Below are positions 38,392-52,281 of a stretch of 64,000 bases of DNA, piece by piece. Position numbers and translations under genes: made by a program. How positions within the stretch are numbered: position 1 is the stretch's first letter; every line of letters begins with the position of its first letter. The stretch covers positions 102,300,001 through 102,364,000 of the forward strand of contig OX597816.1 in NCBI GenBank assembly GCA_951406725.2, given 5' to 3'. The notes beneath the pieces are model-generated. The model saw nothing but the letters and a program-made list of their open reading frames with translations, was not told the origin of the DNA and did no database searches. The stretch is from Octopus vulgaris (lineage: Eukaryota).

Positions 38392-39430
38392 CTAGCATTA
38401 AAGACCCGTCGTTGCCGGGTCATAGTGCTAGTGCATGTATATATGTGTATATATAGGTGTACATATTACATGTATATCTATATATATATACATATACACA
38501 TAAAATACAAAATACAAAGTTATATCTTGATATCGCTAGTGATAACAATACTCAAAATATATAACAGGCTGGAATTGTTAGCCCGTCTCTTGTAATTTCG
38601 ATCAATTGTATCTTGTCCTCCCTCTTGTATAGAAGTGTGGCTACAATCCAGCCTACCTCTACTTCGGGGGGCGGGGGCATTTTTAATTTTTTTCCGGCAC
38701 GTCCTACGTCCCAGATATCATGGTAAAAATAAAATATTTCCACTTTGCAAGTTCGAGTTGAGTACTCCCTTGCACGCTCCGTTGACTCGAACCTTGCTTC
38801 TATTGTGGCGAATTTACCGCCTCTGATTAGATACTTTTCTTAGTCGCACCAAGACACTTTTCGAAGGTGCTTTCCTCCATGTGTTTAAATCTTCTTTTTT
38901 CTCTACATTGTATACTTTATAGACAATAGTCTTTTCTTTAATTTAATTTTTTATTATCCATCTGGACTATTCCATTTCTGCACGCTAATTTTATTTTTAA
39001 TTTACTCCCATTCATGTGAAACCACTTATTCAAGTTCAAATCATTGATGCAATTTTATACCAATTGCTATTTTTACTTTTGTTATGTCTCGATTATATTA
39101 TACTTTAGTTTGATTTTAATTATTACTTACTACATATAATTCAATTGTTATTATTATTTTTATTGTTAATGTGAAAGTATCTGACATAAGATAGAGAAAC
39201 GTTTTTGTTTCACTTTTAACACGTAATACTGAAATAGTGGAGAAGATATGATATTGCTATAAGCTCGCTCTAAGCAAGAAGTTGATCATTTTTTTTGCCC
39301 ATGAAACTACATGGACCCTAAGTAAGGCATGAGTAAAATTTGAATGAAATTGGTTGTGTAGTTCTTAAGTTTAAGGGGATAACACAGACAGACAGACAGA
39401 CACATTCTCAGTTTTATATATATATAAAGA
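38392..39430 (-). mobile_element. Non-autonomous Helitron-like element
   Basis: Minus strand starts TCTTTATATATATATAAAACTGAGAATG(TCTG)n and ends with hairpin GACCCG/CGGGTC then CTAG, between A and T. Confidence 0.7.
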
Positions 39431-39469
39431 TATATAAAGATATATATATATGCATTTATCCAGTGAAAT

Positions 39470-39570
39470 ATGAACACACACACACATACACACACGCACA
39501 CACACACACAAACTTACGCACACATGTATGGGTATGAATGACTGAATACATACATACATACGTACATACA

Positions 39571-39604
<34 letters not shown>

Positions 39605-39698
39605 CATACATACATACATATAGATTATATATATACATATATGTAGATATATGTACCTATATATAGAAAGATACATAGAAACATATTTACACACACGC

Positions 39699-39756
<58 letters not shown>

Positions 39757-40097
39757 GTATCTATCTTTCTCTCCTACACACACACACACACACACACATA
39801 TATATGCACGCACATTTAGACTCACACACATATGTATGTATGTATGTATGTATGTATATATATATATGTATATATATATGTATGTATATGTATATATATA
39901 TATATATGCTTATCGAATTACTCCTTAAGTTTGAAGAAACAATCGACCAGAGAGATAACAATGTGTGTGGCTGTTTGTGTGGATGAGTGTGAAGGCAATA
40001 TTATACATACATACACAAGCCACTATATATGCTTATATGTATGTACGTATGTATGTATGTAATGTATGTATGTATGTATGTAATGTATATATGTATG

Positions 40098-40194
<97 letters not shown>

Positions 40195-40573
40195 TCATAA
40201 ACGTGTTTGTGTTTAAAATATAGATATATTCTTTATATATATATATATATATGCGTGCGAGTGCGCGCGCGTGTACCCAATTTTTGGGTACTGGTGTAAC
40301 TTTCAAGACAGTGTAGCTGAGAGATAGCAGAATTTGGATAAATCAATATGGTTTCTTTAACTGTGCCTATTGAAGTGATTACCACCCGTGCGCACTCACC
40401 GCGCCATGCATTACCATTCCACAATACTGACCTTAAAAATACCCCCATACTCGCACTCTTATGTATATTCTTACACACACACACACATACACACACACAC
40501 ACACATATACATACAGGCGTGCACACATGCATATATATATATGTATACATACATATATTTATTTGCTAATAGC

Positions 40574-40638
<65 letters not shown>

Positions 40639-41395
40639 TATATACATATATATATATATATACATATATGTATGCATGTATACATATACATAAAAACATA
40701 TATGCATATTTTACATATGTCTTACGTACTCATATGTGTGAATATTTGTATGGTGCATGTATGTATATATAGATATGTATGTATGCATGCATGTATGTAT
40801 GTATGTATGTATGTATGTATGTATGTATGTATGTACGTACATACGTATGTATGTATGTATGTATGTATGTATGTATGTATGTATGTATGTATGTATGTAT
40901 GTATGTATGTGTGTACAGTCATTGATACGGACGCATACGTCATGTACCGATAATTGTATTCATATTTAAATGCAAAATTATTTATACATTGGCCAGAATT
41001 ATACACACACATACATACACACACACACACACATATAACTTACATCATCGTATTTTTCCTCCGAACCTCTCTCCATATACATGCACAGACATATATGCAC
41101 ACACACACACACATATATACACGCACACGCACATTCACATACATACATGTACATACAAACATAAATGTTCGTACATGCGTGCGCATACAAATAGTCCATT
41201 TCACCCAACACATTAACACAAACGCACCTACACACGCGCGCACACAGACAGACAGACAGACAAACACACGCAAACAGACAGACACATACAGATCTTCGTA
41301 CACATGCACTCCGTTATGGAAACACATACTTGCATATGTAGAAACATGCAAACATACTTACAGACATCTCTTCACGCATGTATGCACATATGTAG

Positions 41396-41466
<71 letters not shown>

Positions 41467-41736
41467 TACATACTTCCATACATACATACATACATACATA
41501 TATACATACTTCCATATACATACATACATATATGCATACATACAAACATACATACATATATACATACTTCCATATACATACATATATACATACATGCATA
41601 CATATATACATACATGCTTACATACAAACATACATACACACATATATACATACATACATATATACATACTTCCATATACATACATACATACATACATACA
41701 TACATACATACATACATACCTACATACCTACATACA

Positions 41737-41768
<32 letters not shown>

Positions 41769-43835
41769 CATACATACATACATACATACATACATACATA
41801 CATACATACATACATACATACATACATGCATACATACATACATATATACACACTTCCATATACATACATATATACATATATATTTACACTCATTCATACA
41901 TGTATGCATACGTACAAACATAACGTATATACATAAATGCATACTTACGTGCGTGCATACATCCATCCATACTTAGATGCAGACATGCTTGCATACATAC
42001 ATACATACATATATAAATACATATATATGCATAGATAGACACATACATACATGTATAAAAACAAGTACATACGCCTTTCTCTTCCTTAAAGGCACACACA
42101 GACGGGCATACATACACACAGCATACAGACGAACACCCATGTATACATACACTCATTCTGTCTCTAGCCCTTATGCATACACATGCGTGCGTGTACTTAC
42201 GTACATACATGCGCAAAAGAAGACGCATGTACACTCATATTCATTGAATGTCTCTAGCTCCTGCACATATACATACATACACACTCACACACTATTCCTT
42301 TTTCTTACACACACGCACGCACGTACATAGACACATGCCCGCATACACGTACACACAAACGCAGATGAACACTATGCACACACACAGACACTTTATATCT
42401 CTAGCTCTTGCACATACACATATACACACACGCTTACACACACATACCATACACTCATACATACATACATACATACATACATACATTTCCTATTTCTCAA
42501 ATAGATATACACACACATATATACACATACACACTCCCTGTGTTCCTTACACACACGTACGCACATACACACACATACACGCACATATTCACACACACAC
42601 ACACACATATACACACATACACATTTACACATAAGCGGCTTGAATCAGTTCCTTTGATCGTGTTTACTGTGTCAAAAGTATTGATAATGTTCTAAAGCAT
42701 TATCGATCCATCAATAACCACGCTTACTACTCCACATCCACCGCTCCCCACCGCCCTCATCGGACAGCTACCACCGCTCCCTCGCTCCCATCCTTATCAC
42801 CCCCTAGCCATCAGCCAATCACCCAATCAACCGGCCCCACCCATCCCAATGTGCTACTAATCACGGCCAGATCGATGTTTATTTCACAGCTAACGCCATT
42901 TACTTAAAGCTCAACAGCCAAGAGAGATTATCTGAAATGTTATGGAGAAGCACAGGAGGGTAGTTAGCTCTAATGACAGAATGGCGTGCGTATGTGTGTG
43001 TGAGGTGATGCTCGCGAGTGCGCGCGCGCGTGCGTGTGTACGTATGGGTGTATAGATGTGTCGGTGTGCAGAGTGTGTTTGTATTTGTGTTTGTAGATGT
43101 GGGTGTACGTACGTAGATATGTACGCGCTTGTTAGTGTTGGAGAGTATGTTCGCATATACGAATATGGGTTTGTGTATGTTTGTGTGTTTGTATGTATGT
43201 TTGTTTGTATGTGCGTGTGTGTGTGTGTGTGTGTCTGCGTGTAGATCTGTTTATGTGTGTGTAGTGTGTGTGTGTGTGTGCGTGCGTGCGTGTGTGCGAG
43301 TATGTGAATTTGTATTTGTACATATGTGTGCATGTTAGTATTTATGTACGTGCTTGTTCGTGTTGAAGAGTATGTTCGTATATAAGATATGTGAGTATAT
43401 ATGTTTGTTTGTGTATGTGTGTATGTGTGTGTTTGTATGTGTGTGTGTATGTGTGTAGCTACGTGTGTATGTGTGTGTAGGTACGTCTGTGTGTAGTGTG
43501 TGTGTGTGTGTGTGTTTATATCTGTGTTTGTAGCTGTGGCTGTATGTTCGTTGATATGTACGTGCTTGTTCGAGTTGAAGAGTGTGTTCGCATATAAGAT
43601 GTGTTCATCTGTTTGTTTGTGTGTGCGTTCGTTTATGTGTATGCGTTTGTTTATGTGTCTGTGTGTAGTGTATTTGTATATCTGTGTTTATGGATGTGGA
43701 TGTATTTTCGTAGACGCGTATGTGCTTGTTCGTGTAGAGGAATATGTGTGCATTTAAGAAATACGTGTTTATTTGTATGCGTAGAATGTGTATGTGTGTG
43801 TGTGTGCGCGTGTGTGCGTGTGTGTAGCATGCTTA

Positions 43836-43866
<31 letters not shown>

Positions 43867-44808
43867 ATCCGTAGTGTGCGAGCATATTTGCGTTTGTAGG
43901 CGTAGTTGTATGTTTGTAGATGTGTATGTGTTTGTTTGTGTAGAAGATTATGTCCGCATATAAGTCGATATGTGTGTTTATTTTGTATGCATGTGTGGAT
44001 GTCTGTGGGTGTGTGTGTTTGCGTCGAGGTGTGTGTGTTTGTCTATGGATGTATGTGTATATGTGTCTCTATAAATGTACATGTGTGGACGTATATTTGT
44101 GTATGTGTGTGTATGCGCATTTCTCTGTAGATATGCTTTTATATCAGTAGATTTGTGTATATGTGTGTTTATTTGTGTAAATGTGTGCGTATGTGTTTGT
44201 AGACGTGTGTGAATGTGCGTAGATGTGTGCACGTATCTGTATATGTGTGTGTAAGTGTGCAGATGTGTGTGTAAGTGTGCAGATGTGTGTATGTATTTCT
44301 TTGTAAATGTGTGTGTGTGTGTGTGTGCATAGATGTGTGACTGTATTTGTATATGTGTATGTGCAGTGCGTAGATGTGCGTATATGTTTGAATATGTGTG
44401 TGTATGTGCCTAGATGTGTGTACATCAGTGTATACGAGTGTATTCTTGTATGTATATATGTATGTATATCTATGTAGAGGTGTATACGTGTATGTCTGCA
44501 CTGGGCTGTGTGCGTGTATGTGTATATGCTTCTGTAGATGTATGATGTATGTAAATTTGCATGTGTACGTTTGTAGATGTATTTGTGTATCCGTAGATGT
44601 GGGTAGATGAGTGCATGTGTTAATATAGAGATGTGTATGCATGTGTGTGTGTGTGTGTGTATCTGCAGATGTGTATGTGTATCTGTATTTCTCTATGTGT
44701 ATACTGTGATGTGTCAGAACGTGTGTATTACTATGTGTAACGTATTTGTAACTAGTTAGCAATACTGACGTAATAGCGTGAGTGTGTGTCGGTGTGTTTG
44801 CATAAATA

Positions 44809-44858
<50 letters not shown>

Positions 44859-45060
44859 CGTGTGTGTATGATGTGTGACGTATAATCTCTATATATAGAC
44901 GGTGTGTATCACGTGAGTGTTTTTATGCGGAGTAGTCAGCAATATCGAGAGGGGTGTGACAGTTTGTGCGTGTGAGTGTGTGGTGTGTGTGTGTGTGCGT
45001 GTGCATGTGTGTGTGCCTGTGTGTGTCTGTAACTGTGTCAGTTGTGTATGTCATTCTGTG
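39470..45060. repeat. ~5.6-kb field of degenerate (CA)/(CATA)/(TA)/(TG) microsatellites with two unique islands
   Basis: Continuous alternating purine-pyrimidine sequence except ~40280-40460 and ~42635-42985. Confidence 0.95.
42635..42985. promoter_or_regulatory. Unique island with clustered CCAAT boxes and transcription-factor-like motifs
   Basis: Three CCAAT within ~40 bp (42814-42850), CCTTTGATC, TGTTTAC, CTTATC; motif presence only. Confidence 0.3.
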
Positions 45061-45597
45061 TATGGCAGTATCGCAGTCAGTGCGGTATATAGGTGATTAC
45101 TTTTTGTTGTTTTTAGCCCCAGTTCAACCCTAATTGAGCAGATCCATGATCAAAGTCGTTCCATCGGTGTCCACCTAATCTTCTAGATATATATTATGCA
45201 ATGTGTCTCTCCTTGTTTAAGACTGTAATTTGCGGTGGCGTGTTGACAACTATTTCTAGCATGTCTAATGACCATGTAGAAGCTTCCAGTTTGGTTCGGA
45301 AATTTGGTAGTCATCTCCATTAAGAGCTGTGGGTGCGTGGGATGTCTTGAGATCGATCCTTTTAAGTCATCAAATGCTGCAGATTCCGGGCTTAAACGCC
45401 AGCGACACTTAATAGCAGTGAAATGACAGAATCATTAGAAAAACCTGTGGTGTTTCTTCTGGATCTCTATGCTTTGGGTTCAAATTTCGCCGATGGCAAT
45501 TTTGCCTTTCACCCTTTCGGAGTCGATAAAACAAAGCATCAAATTCCAGATGTTGGATTGACGGAATTGTGAAAGCAACTGATTAGATCCTTTGAGG

Positions 45598-45890
45598 CAG
45601 CCATTCCCAACCTTTTTTACATTATAAATCGGTTTCATGCATGAAAATTTTCCCATGGACCGGGGTATCACTAACATAACAAAATACAATAAACAGCATG
45701 AAATATAATTTAATTATTACATATATAGCACAATTATAATGCAGAATCACCCTGCAGAGATCGATAGTCAATAAAATAGAAATAAAATCAAAAAAGTTAT
45801 TCTTTCTGTGCAGCCTGGTATCAAATGATCTACGATCCAGTACTGGTCCTCGGCCCAGTATTAGCCTGCGGCCCGGTACTGGCTCGTGGC
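45598..45890. mobile_element. hAT MITE remnant (MER1/Charlie-like)
   Basis: CAGCCATTCCCAACCTTTTT...CGGTTTCATG...ATTTTCCCATGGACC start and GGCCC-containing subterminal repeats; right TIR not evident. Confidence 0.6.
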
Positions 45891-46244
45891 CCTTGAGGGA
45901 TTTGTTCTGGTTCTTTGCGTTCTAAGCATATTTGGTGGAAGATTTAAATCGTTTCCCAGCTTAACACTACTACGTGGTTTTTCGGGTGCTTTAGATGGAT
46001 ATTCACTCTGTTGCAAGCATTTGGGTCAAGCTCTCTTCTTTGAGGATAATATCTCATCATACACCCAGTATCGGAAGCTCCTGGAGAACAAAAAAACAAT
46101 TGAAAGTCAAGGATATTCTTCTTCCTTTCTTGACTAAGCATACATATGTATGTATGTATGCATGTATGTATGTATGTATGTATGTATGTATGTATGTATG
46201 TATGTATGTATGTATGTATGTATGTATTATGTATATATATATGT

Positions 46245-46753
<509 letters not shown>

Positions 46754-46761
46754 TATTCTGT

Positions 46762-47010
46762 GTGCGTGGCCTAGTGTTTAGGGGGTGGTCACATTCTCGG
46801 ACTGGGCGATGCATTGTGGTCTTGTGTAAAACACTCCATTTCATGTTGCTCTGCAATCATTTCACTATCTGACGTGTGGCACACCATACACCTGTTCAAG
46901 TAATGTCGATTTGATGGAGGGAGCGAGCTTGTCTACAACACAAACATTTGATCACAATAAGCAGTTCATCTGTGCAAGTTGTTCAGCAAGGAATTTGGGA
47001 ATCCTCATCA
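46762..47010 (+). mobile_element. SINE family D (diverged)
   Basis: TGGCCTAGTG head, AAAACACTCCATTTCATGTTG, ACATTTGATCACAATAA; related to 47560-47820 and 22860-23430. Confidence 0.7.
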
Positions 47011-47559
47011 GTCGTTAAAGGCAGGAGAATTCGCAATATATATGCGTGTGTCTGTCTTCCTCCACTGCTTTACAACTTGTGTGGGTTTGTTTACGTCTCC
47101 GTAACTTATTGCTTCGGCGAAAAGTACAAGATAGAATAAATAAGTACAAGACATAAAAATAAGTACTCGGGTTAATTTGTTCGATTAAACCGACCAAGGC
47201 AGTACCCCTGCATAATCGCAGTCAACGAGAGAGAAATGCTTTATTTTATATAACTATTTGATATCAGGGAAATTTTAAGAAATTGGCTACGATAGATTAT
47301 CGTCCAATCCACGAGGAAGATATTCTTCTCTTTATTACATAATGTAACAGAAACGTGAGTTATTTAATATTGGCTCTTCTGTTAATGTTTCCTTCCCTAC
47401 ACTGCAAGCTCAATTCTTTCTAATTTACCCATCCCTACATGCTTTGATTAAGGATTGAGCCAAATTTTTGCTCTTCGCACCACTGAGCGACACTTAAGTA
47501 ATCAAAAAACAGTTAAATTGCTTATTACATTAAGTAGGACTTAACTAATGGAAAAGTGA

Positions 47560-47820
47560 GGGCACATGGCCTAGAGGTTATAGGTTTGCACTTCCGATCG
47601 CGAGAAGTTCCTGGACCAGGTGATGCGTTGTGTTCTGGAGCAAAACATTTCATCTCACGTTGGTCTGTGATCACTTCGACACCTGACATGTGGTACACTC
47701 TGTACTTTATTCAGGAAACGTTGATTTGATGGCGAAAGTGAGCTAATGTGCAGTACAAGCATTTGATCACAATAAACAAATAATTTGTGAAGGTTGTTCA
47801 GTAAGAAATTGCAGAACAGT
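47560..47820 (+). mobile_element. SINE family D
   Basis: TGGCCTAGAGG A box and shared body. Confidence 0.75.
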
Positions 47821-48543
47821 TTTTCTCAGACTACGAGAGACTGCCATCATCGGCATTGCAGATGGAGTCCTGAAGTAATTTCCCTCGGTTATTATGTTAT
47901 GATTTTACGCCAACACATGTACATTATTGTACATCAAAATAGGTTTTCTCTGTTTACTTGTCTGGCAAGTTCGGAAAAATATATGACTCGCTGGAAAGGT
48001 CTAATAAGACCGAGACATGTCTTGTGTTGTTACCGTGCTTGCGAAAGAGAAGATTGGGTGCTACTGTTCTCTCACAGCACGCGTAAATCTAATTTTAATT
48101 AAATAAGAATACAGAGTTGTCACTTGCACCTGTTTTTTTAAGCTTAAGAACTGATTGATCTATAGTTTCCTTCTTGGTAATGCTGAGAGTTTTAATGTTT
48201 TAATTAATTAAAGTTGTCGTGTTCTCTACTTTAAATATCTTAGCGCTGACTTTACTGTTCTAAAAGGACAAAGGAGATCGATATGCTTAATGCTCGGTTT
48301 GAACTTCTATAGACCAACGCTTTTAGAAAAAAAGGATAAAAAATGGGGTAGAGAGCCATTGAGGGAGGCTATATGTAACCACTCTATTTTCTAGAAACAT
48401 CAGTCAAATTTCCTTCAAATCATACCCTTCTGTCTTAAATAAAGAAGGACAGATTGGATAATGTTGTTTCTGAAGACAGAATGATTTTAACTGGAACGTT
48501 ATTGACCATATTGTTAGACCATGACTGACTTTACGCTAAGAAG

Positions 48544-48579
<36 letters not shown>

Positions 48580-49149
48580 GGATTAAAAATAATTGAAGAG
48601 AAGCAATGAGGTAGTCCTAACGTAGTCTCTTGCAAATTCTTACAGTTCCATTTTCGATTTTCCATGTGGTACCCTTTCATTTTTACACTTGAGTTGCTCT
48701 ATTGAGAGTAAAATGTCTTCGCAATAGACCCAGTAAAGTGACGCCATCAGGATACAGGCCACTGGATCCACTATCAACTTGCATAGGTCAACCAATCAAT
48801 TTGCAGTTCAATTTGCTGATCAATTTGCAAATATAATTTACTGATCGGATATGTGTCCTTAGACACTGGAAAAAATAATCTGTCATATCATTTTGCTTGT
48901 CACGACATGTGTTCAAGTGTAACACTTTTAATAATCTCCACTGTGGAACGAACTCAAAGACATAATCGAAATCGTTAACAATATTACGGAAATCTATAGA
49001 TTTAGGCATCGAAATAAATGCAAGATTATTTATAAACTGTAGAAATTCCATGGGTCTCGCTAGTATAAACAAAGACTTAGTTACGATAAATTCAAAAGGG
49101 ATTTCTGGAAAAGATCTAAAGTTATACGTTAGCCAAATTAATAAGTGAA

Positions 49150-49936
49150 CGAGGGGGTACCCAAAAGAAGCCGGAATTTTGCAGTATTATTTTATTTGTT
49201 TAGTTTTGCATGTTGACATTTTCATCGCCTTCAAAGTGTCCAGACGCATTTTCCACTGTTCAAAGCAGTCCTTGAACTCTTGTGAAGTGATGCCTTTTAT
49301 TGCCTCCGTCGTTTTTTCTTCTTGACTTCTTACACATCCTTTAAGGACTGTTTTCATTCGGAGGAACAACAATAAGGAGGTTAGGTAAGCGGGGTCATGC
49401 GATATTTGGTCAAAAACTGTCTCACACTGAAAGCAGTGTGCGCAGGCTCATTGTCGCAATGAAACCATCACTCTCCACTTTGCCACAGGTCAGGACGTTT
49501 TCCTCTCACCGCATCTCGCAAACACTTCAGAACTGCTAAGTAAAATGTCTGGTTAACAGTTTGATCAGGAGGAACAAATTCCGTGGGCAATTTCTTTAAC
49601 ATCGACTTCACTTGACGCGCTTTTTGGGGGCATAGTGACATTGAATGCTTCCATTGGCTTGATTGTTGCTTTGTTTCCGCGGTTTTCCCTAGCAGAAAAA
49701 AACAATTTCACGGAAGCACACTATTTCTTCGTTTCAGCCGTCTCAAAATTTGACGAGCAGTGAAGAAGCACTGCAAAACAAAAACGCACCGCGTAGCAGT
49801 ACGACTCTTCCCAACGACGCCCGTCGACAGACTGTTGCCAGAGGGTCGCACCGAATGGCCTCTGGCGGCAGAAGCCTGAACTACATCAGGCTTGTCCCAC
49901 GGAGAACGTTTCCGGTTACTTTTGGGTATCACCTCG
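49150..49936 (-). mobile_element. Internally deleted mariner transposon
   Basis: TIRs CGAGGGGGTACCCAAAAGAAGCCGGAA / TTCCGGTTACTTTTGGGTATCACCTCG; peptide LFLRMKTVLKG...FKDCFEQWKMRL. Confidence 0.85.
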
Positions 49937-50660
49937 CAAGCCATACATAATATGGTGAGCCGAAAATACTTCTTTATTAATTGAAATTTTAACTGTAATG
50001 AAAAGAAGAAAATTACTCCAAAAAAGAGCAAGCGAAAGAATGTCCAAAATTTCAGTTGACCAAAACTCTAATGGAAATGTAAAATGAGGAACGAGTCTGG
50101 TCTTTGGTAGCTAATGTGACTATACTGGCGTTCCGCGATATAATATGGCCATCTCAACGAAGCATAGTCATTCCACTTATAGCAACCAACACCCCAAAAC
50201 GACTTAAAGATAAAATTTATTGGTGTAAAGACAATCCCTAGATTAGGTGAATTAGAATAAACGTCTTGTCTAAGGAATATAACATATCATTGAAAGTGGA
50301 AGATGCAAATCCCAAATCAATGTAGGAACTTCGAAGGACGTCCCACTATTTTTTCAACCATGACAAGTCTTCACATGATGACTACGGTAACAATATACAA
50401 CTAAAATAATAAAAAATATAAAGAACAAAAACAAGCTCAAGGAGACATTAACACTCATTAACTTTCGAGCGCCCTTCTCAGAGGTGAACGGGTAGGGAGA
50501 TAGGTAAAGGTATGAAGGGCAAAATTTCCTCTGGCCAGGCACGTCTATTATTTAATGTAATTGTGGGTACCAAAAGTGTATATTTGCCTCTGGGCACTGA
50601 GAACCCTTGCTGTGCCTCTGCCCTTCCCTTTTGTAAATACTAGTCGTTAATATATGTAAA

Positions 50661-51000
50661 GGCAAATAGCTCAGTGGTTAGAGCGTCGAGCTTACGATCG
50701 TGAGATTGTGAGCTCGAATCCCGGACCGGGCTGCGTGTTGTGTTCTTGAGCAAGACACTTTATTACACGTTGCTCCAGTTCACTCGTTCACTCAGCTGTA
50801 GAAATGAGTTGCGACGTCACAGGTGTCAAGCTGCATCAGCCTTTGCCTTTCCCTTGGATAACACTGGTGGTGTAGAGAGGGGAGGCTGGTATGCATGGGC
50901 GACTGCTGGTCTTCCATAAACAACCTTGCCCGGACTTGTGCCTGGGAGGGTAACTTTCTAGGTGCAATCCCATGGTCTATGTCGTGACCGAAGAGGGTCT
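50661..51000 (+). mobile_element. SINE family E (tRNA head plus CORE-like segment)
   Basis: TAGCTCAGTGG, GCTCGAATCCC, GTGTTCTTGAGCAAGACACTT; degraded relative near 13810-13950. Confidence 0.85.
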
Positions 51001-51349
51001 CAGAATATATGTACTTGGGGGAATCAGAAAGTAATGTAATTTTTTAATTGAATTAATTTTTGATATGTTCCTACACACGAGGAGTAAGTCAAAAAGCCAT
51101 GCAAATAAAAACAGCATTACTTTCTGACCCATGCTCGTAAATATTCTCTGAGATCCTAGAAAACCATCGGGGACAGGATATGATGTACTCCTCGCACCCA
51201 CTTCCCATAGGGTTCACCATCCAAATGTCGTCTAAGAAATATGAAGTACATGTTAGAGAAAGTGGTCATAGATAATTCTGTACTTGAATAGAAGAGGGGT
51301 TGGTCACGGCTGGAACCCATGTCAGATTTGATCGAGCTGAAACTCAGAG

Positions 51350-51499
51350 GACAAAGCTAACACCAACCCTAAGAATGACAACACAACACCACCAGCACAA
51401 GCATCAACATCATTAACACCACCAGCACTAAGACCATCGCCACTTCCATCAACTCCTACCTCTACAAACACCACCAGAAACACCACCACCACCACCACC

Positions 51500-51563
<64 letters not shown>

Positions 51564-51613
51564 CCACCACCATCACCAGTACTAACTACTAGCCACTACT
51601 AACATCGCCGCCG

Positions 51614-51654
<41 letters not shown>

Positions 51655-51672
51655 ACCACCACCACCACCACC

Positions 51673-51725
<53 letters not shown>

Positions 51726-51730
51726 CGCAA
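51350..51730. repeat. Compound (CAC)/(CAA)/(GCC) triplet tract
   Basis: Successive trinucleotide runs. Confidence 0.9.
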
Positions 51731-52248
51731 AGGAAAACATATCCGAGAACAACACCAGGATTAACGTCACTAAACAATAGAGACGCCATGCTATGTTATT
51801 TGTATTGATAAACCATAAAACGGAAATATTACCTGACCTCTAGAGGTCATAGTAGGCGAAACTAACAATCATCTCCCCAGACAGTGGAATTAATAAACAA
51901 CAACAATATATATTCATTTAACGCATATATAGATTCATACCTACGCAACATACATACATACACACATACATACACACATTCCATTCATACATATATATAT
52001 GTATATATACGAAGATCATGCAGTCTGATGTGTGTGTGTGTGTGCGTGTGTGCGTGCGTGCGCGCGTGTGTGTGTGCGTATGTGTGTGCGTGTGTGTGTG
52101 TGTATGTGTATGTAATATGTGTGTGTGTATGTATATCTATATGGATAAGTTTACATTCACACATATACATACGCCTATACGGACACAAATACACTCTCAG
52201 TTTGCGAGCGAAATCCGTATATTAAAATATGTAAATATGTGTGTGTGG

Positions 52249-52281
<33 letters not shown>

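Noticed and set aside
40400-40431. 32-nt minus-strand micro-exon (AAG|...|GTGAGT)
   Set aside because: Good donor but weak pyrimidine tract; cannot be supported without reads.
40954-41976. 340-aa ORF (longest in the track) and other YI/HT/CV/MYVC-rich ORFs
   Set aside because: Translations of (CATA)/(CA)/(TA) microsatellites that lack stop codons by composition.
48788-49072. 94-aa ORF
   Set aside because: Only NNLAFISM..IDFRNIVNDF hints at a hAT dimerisation remnant; too short to call.
50810-50940. Twister-like ribozyme in the SINE family E body
   Set aside because: Only loose resemblance (GGATAA...GAGGGG); the required pseudoknots could not be built.
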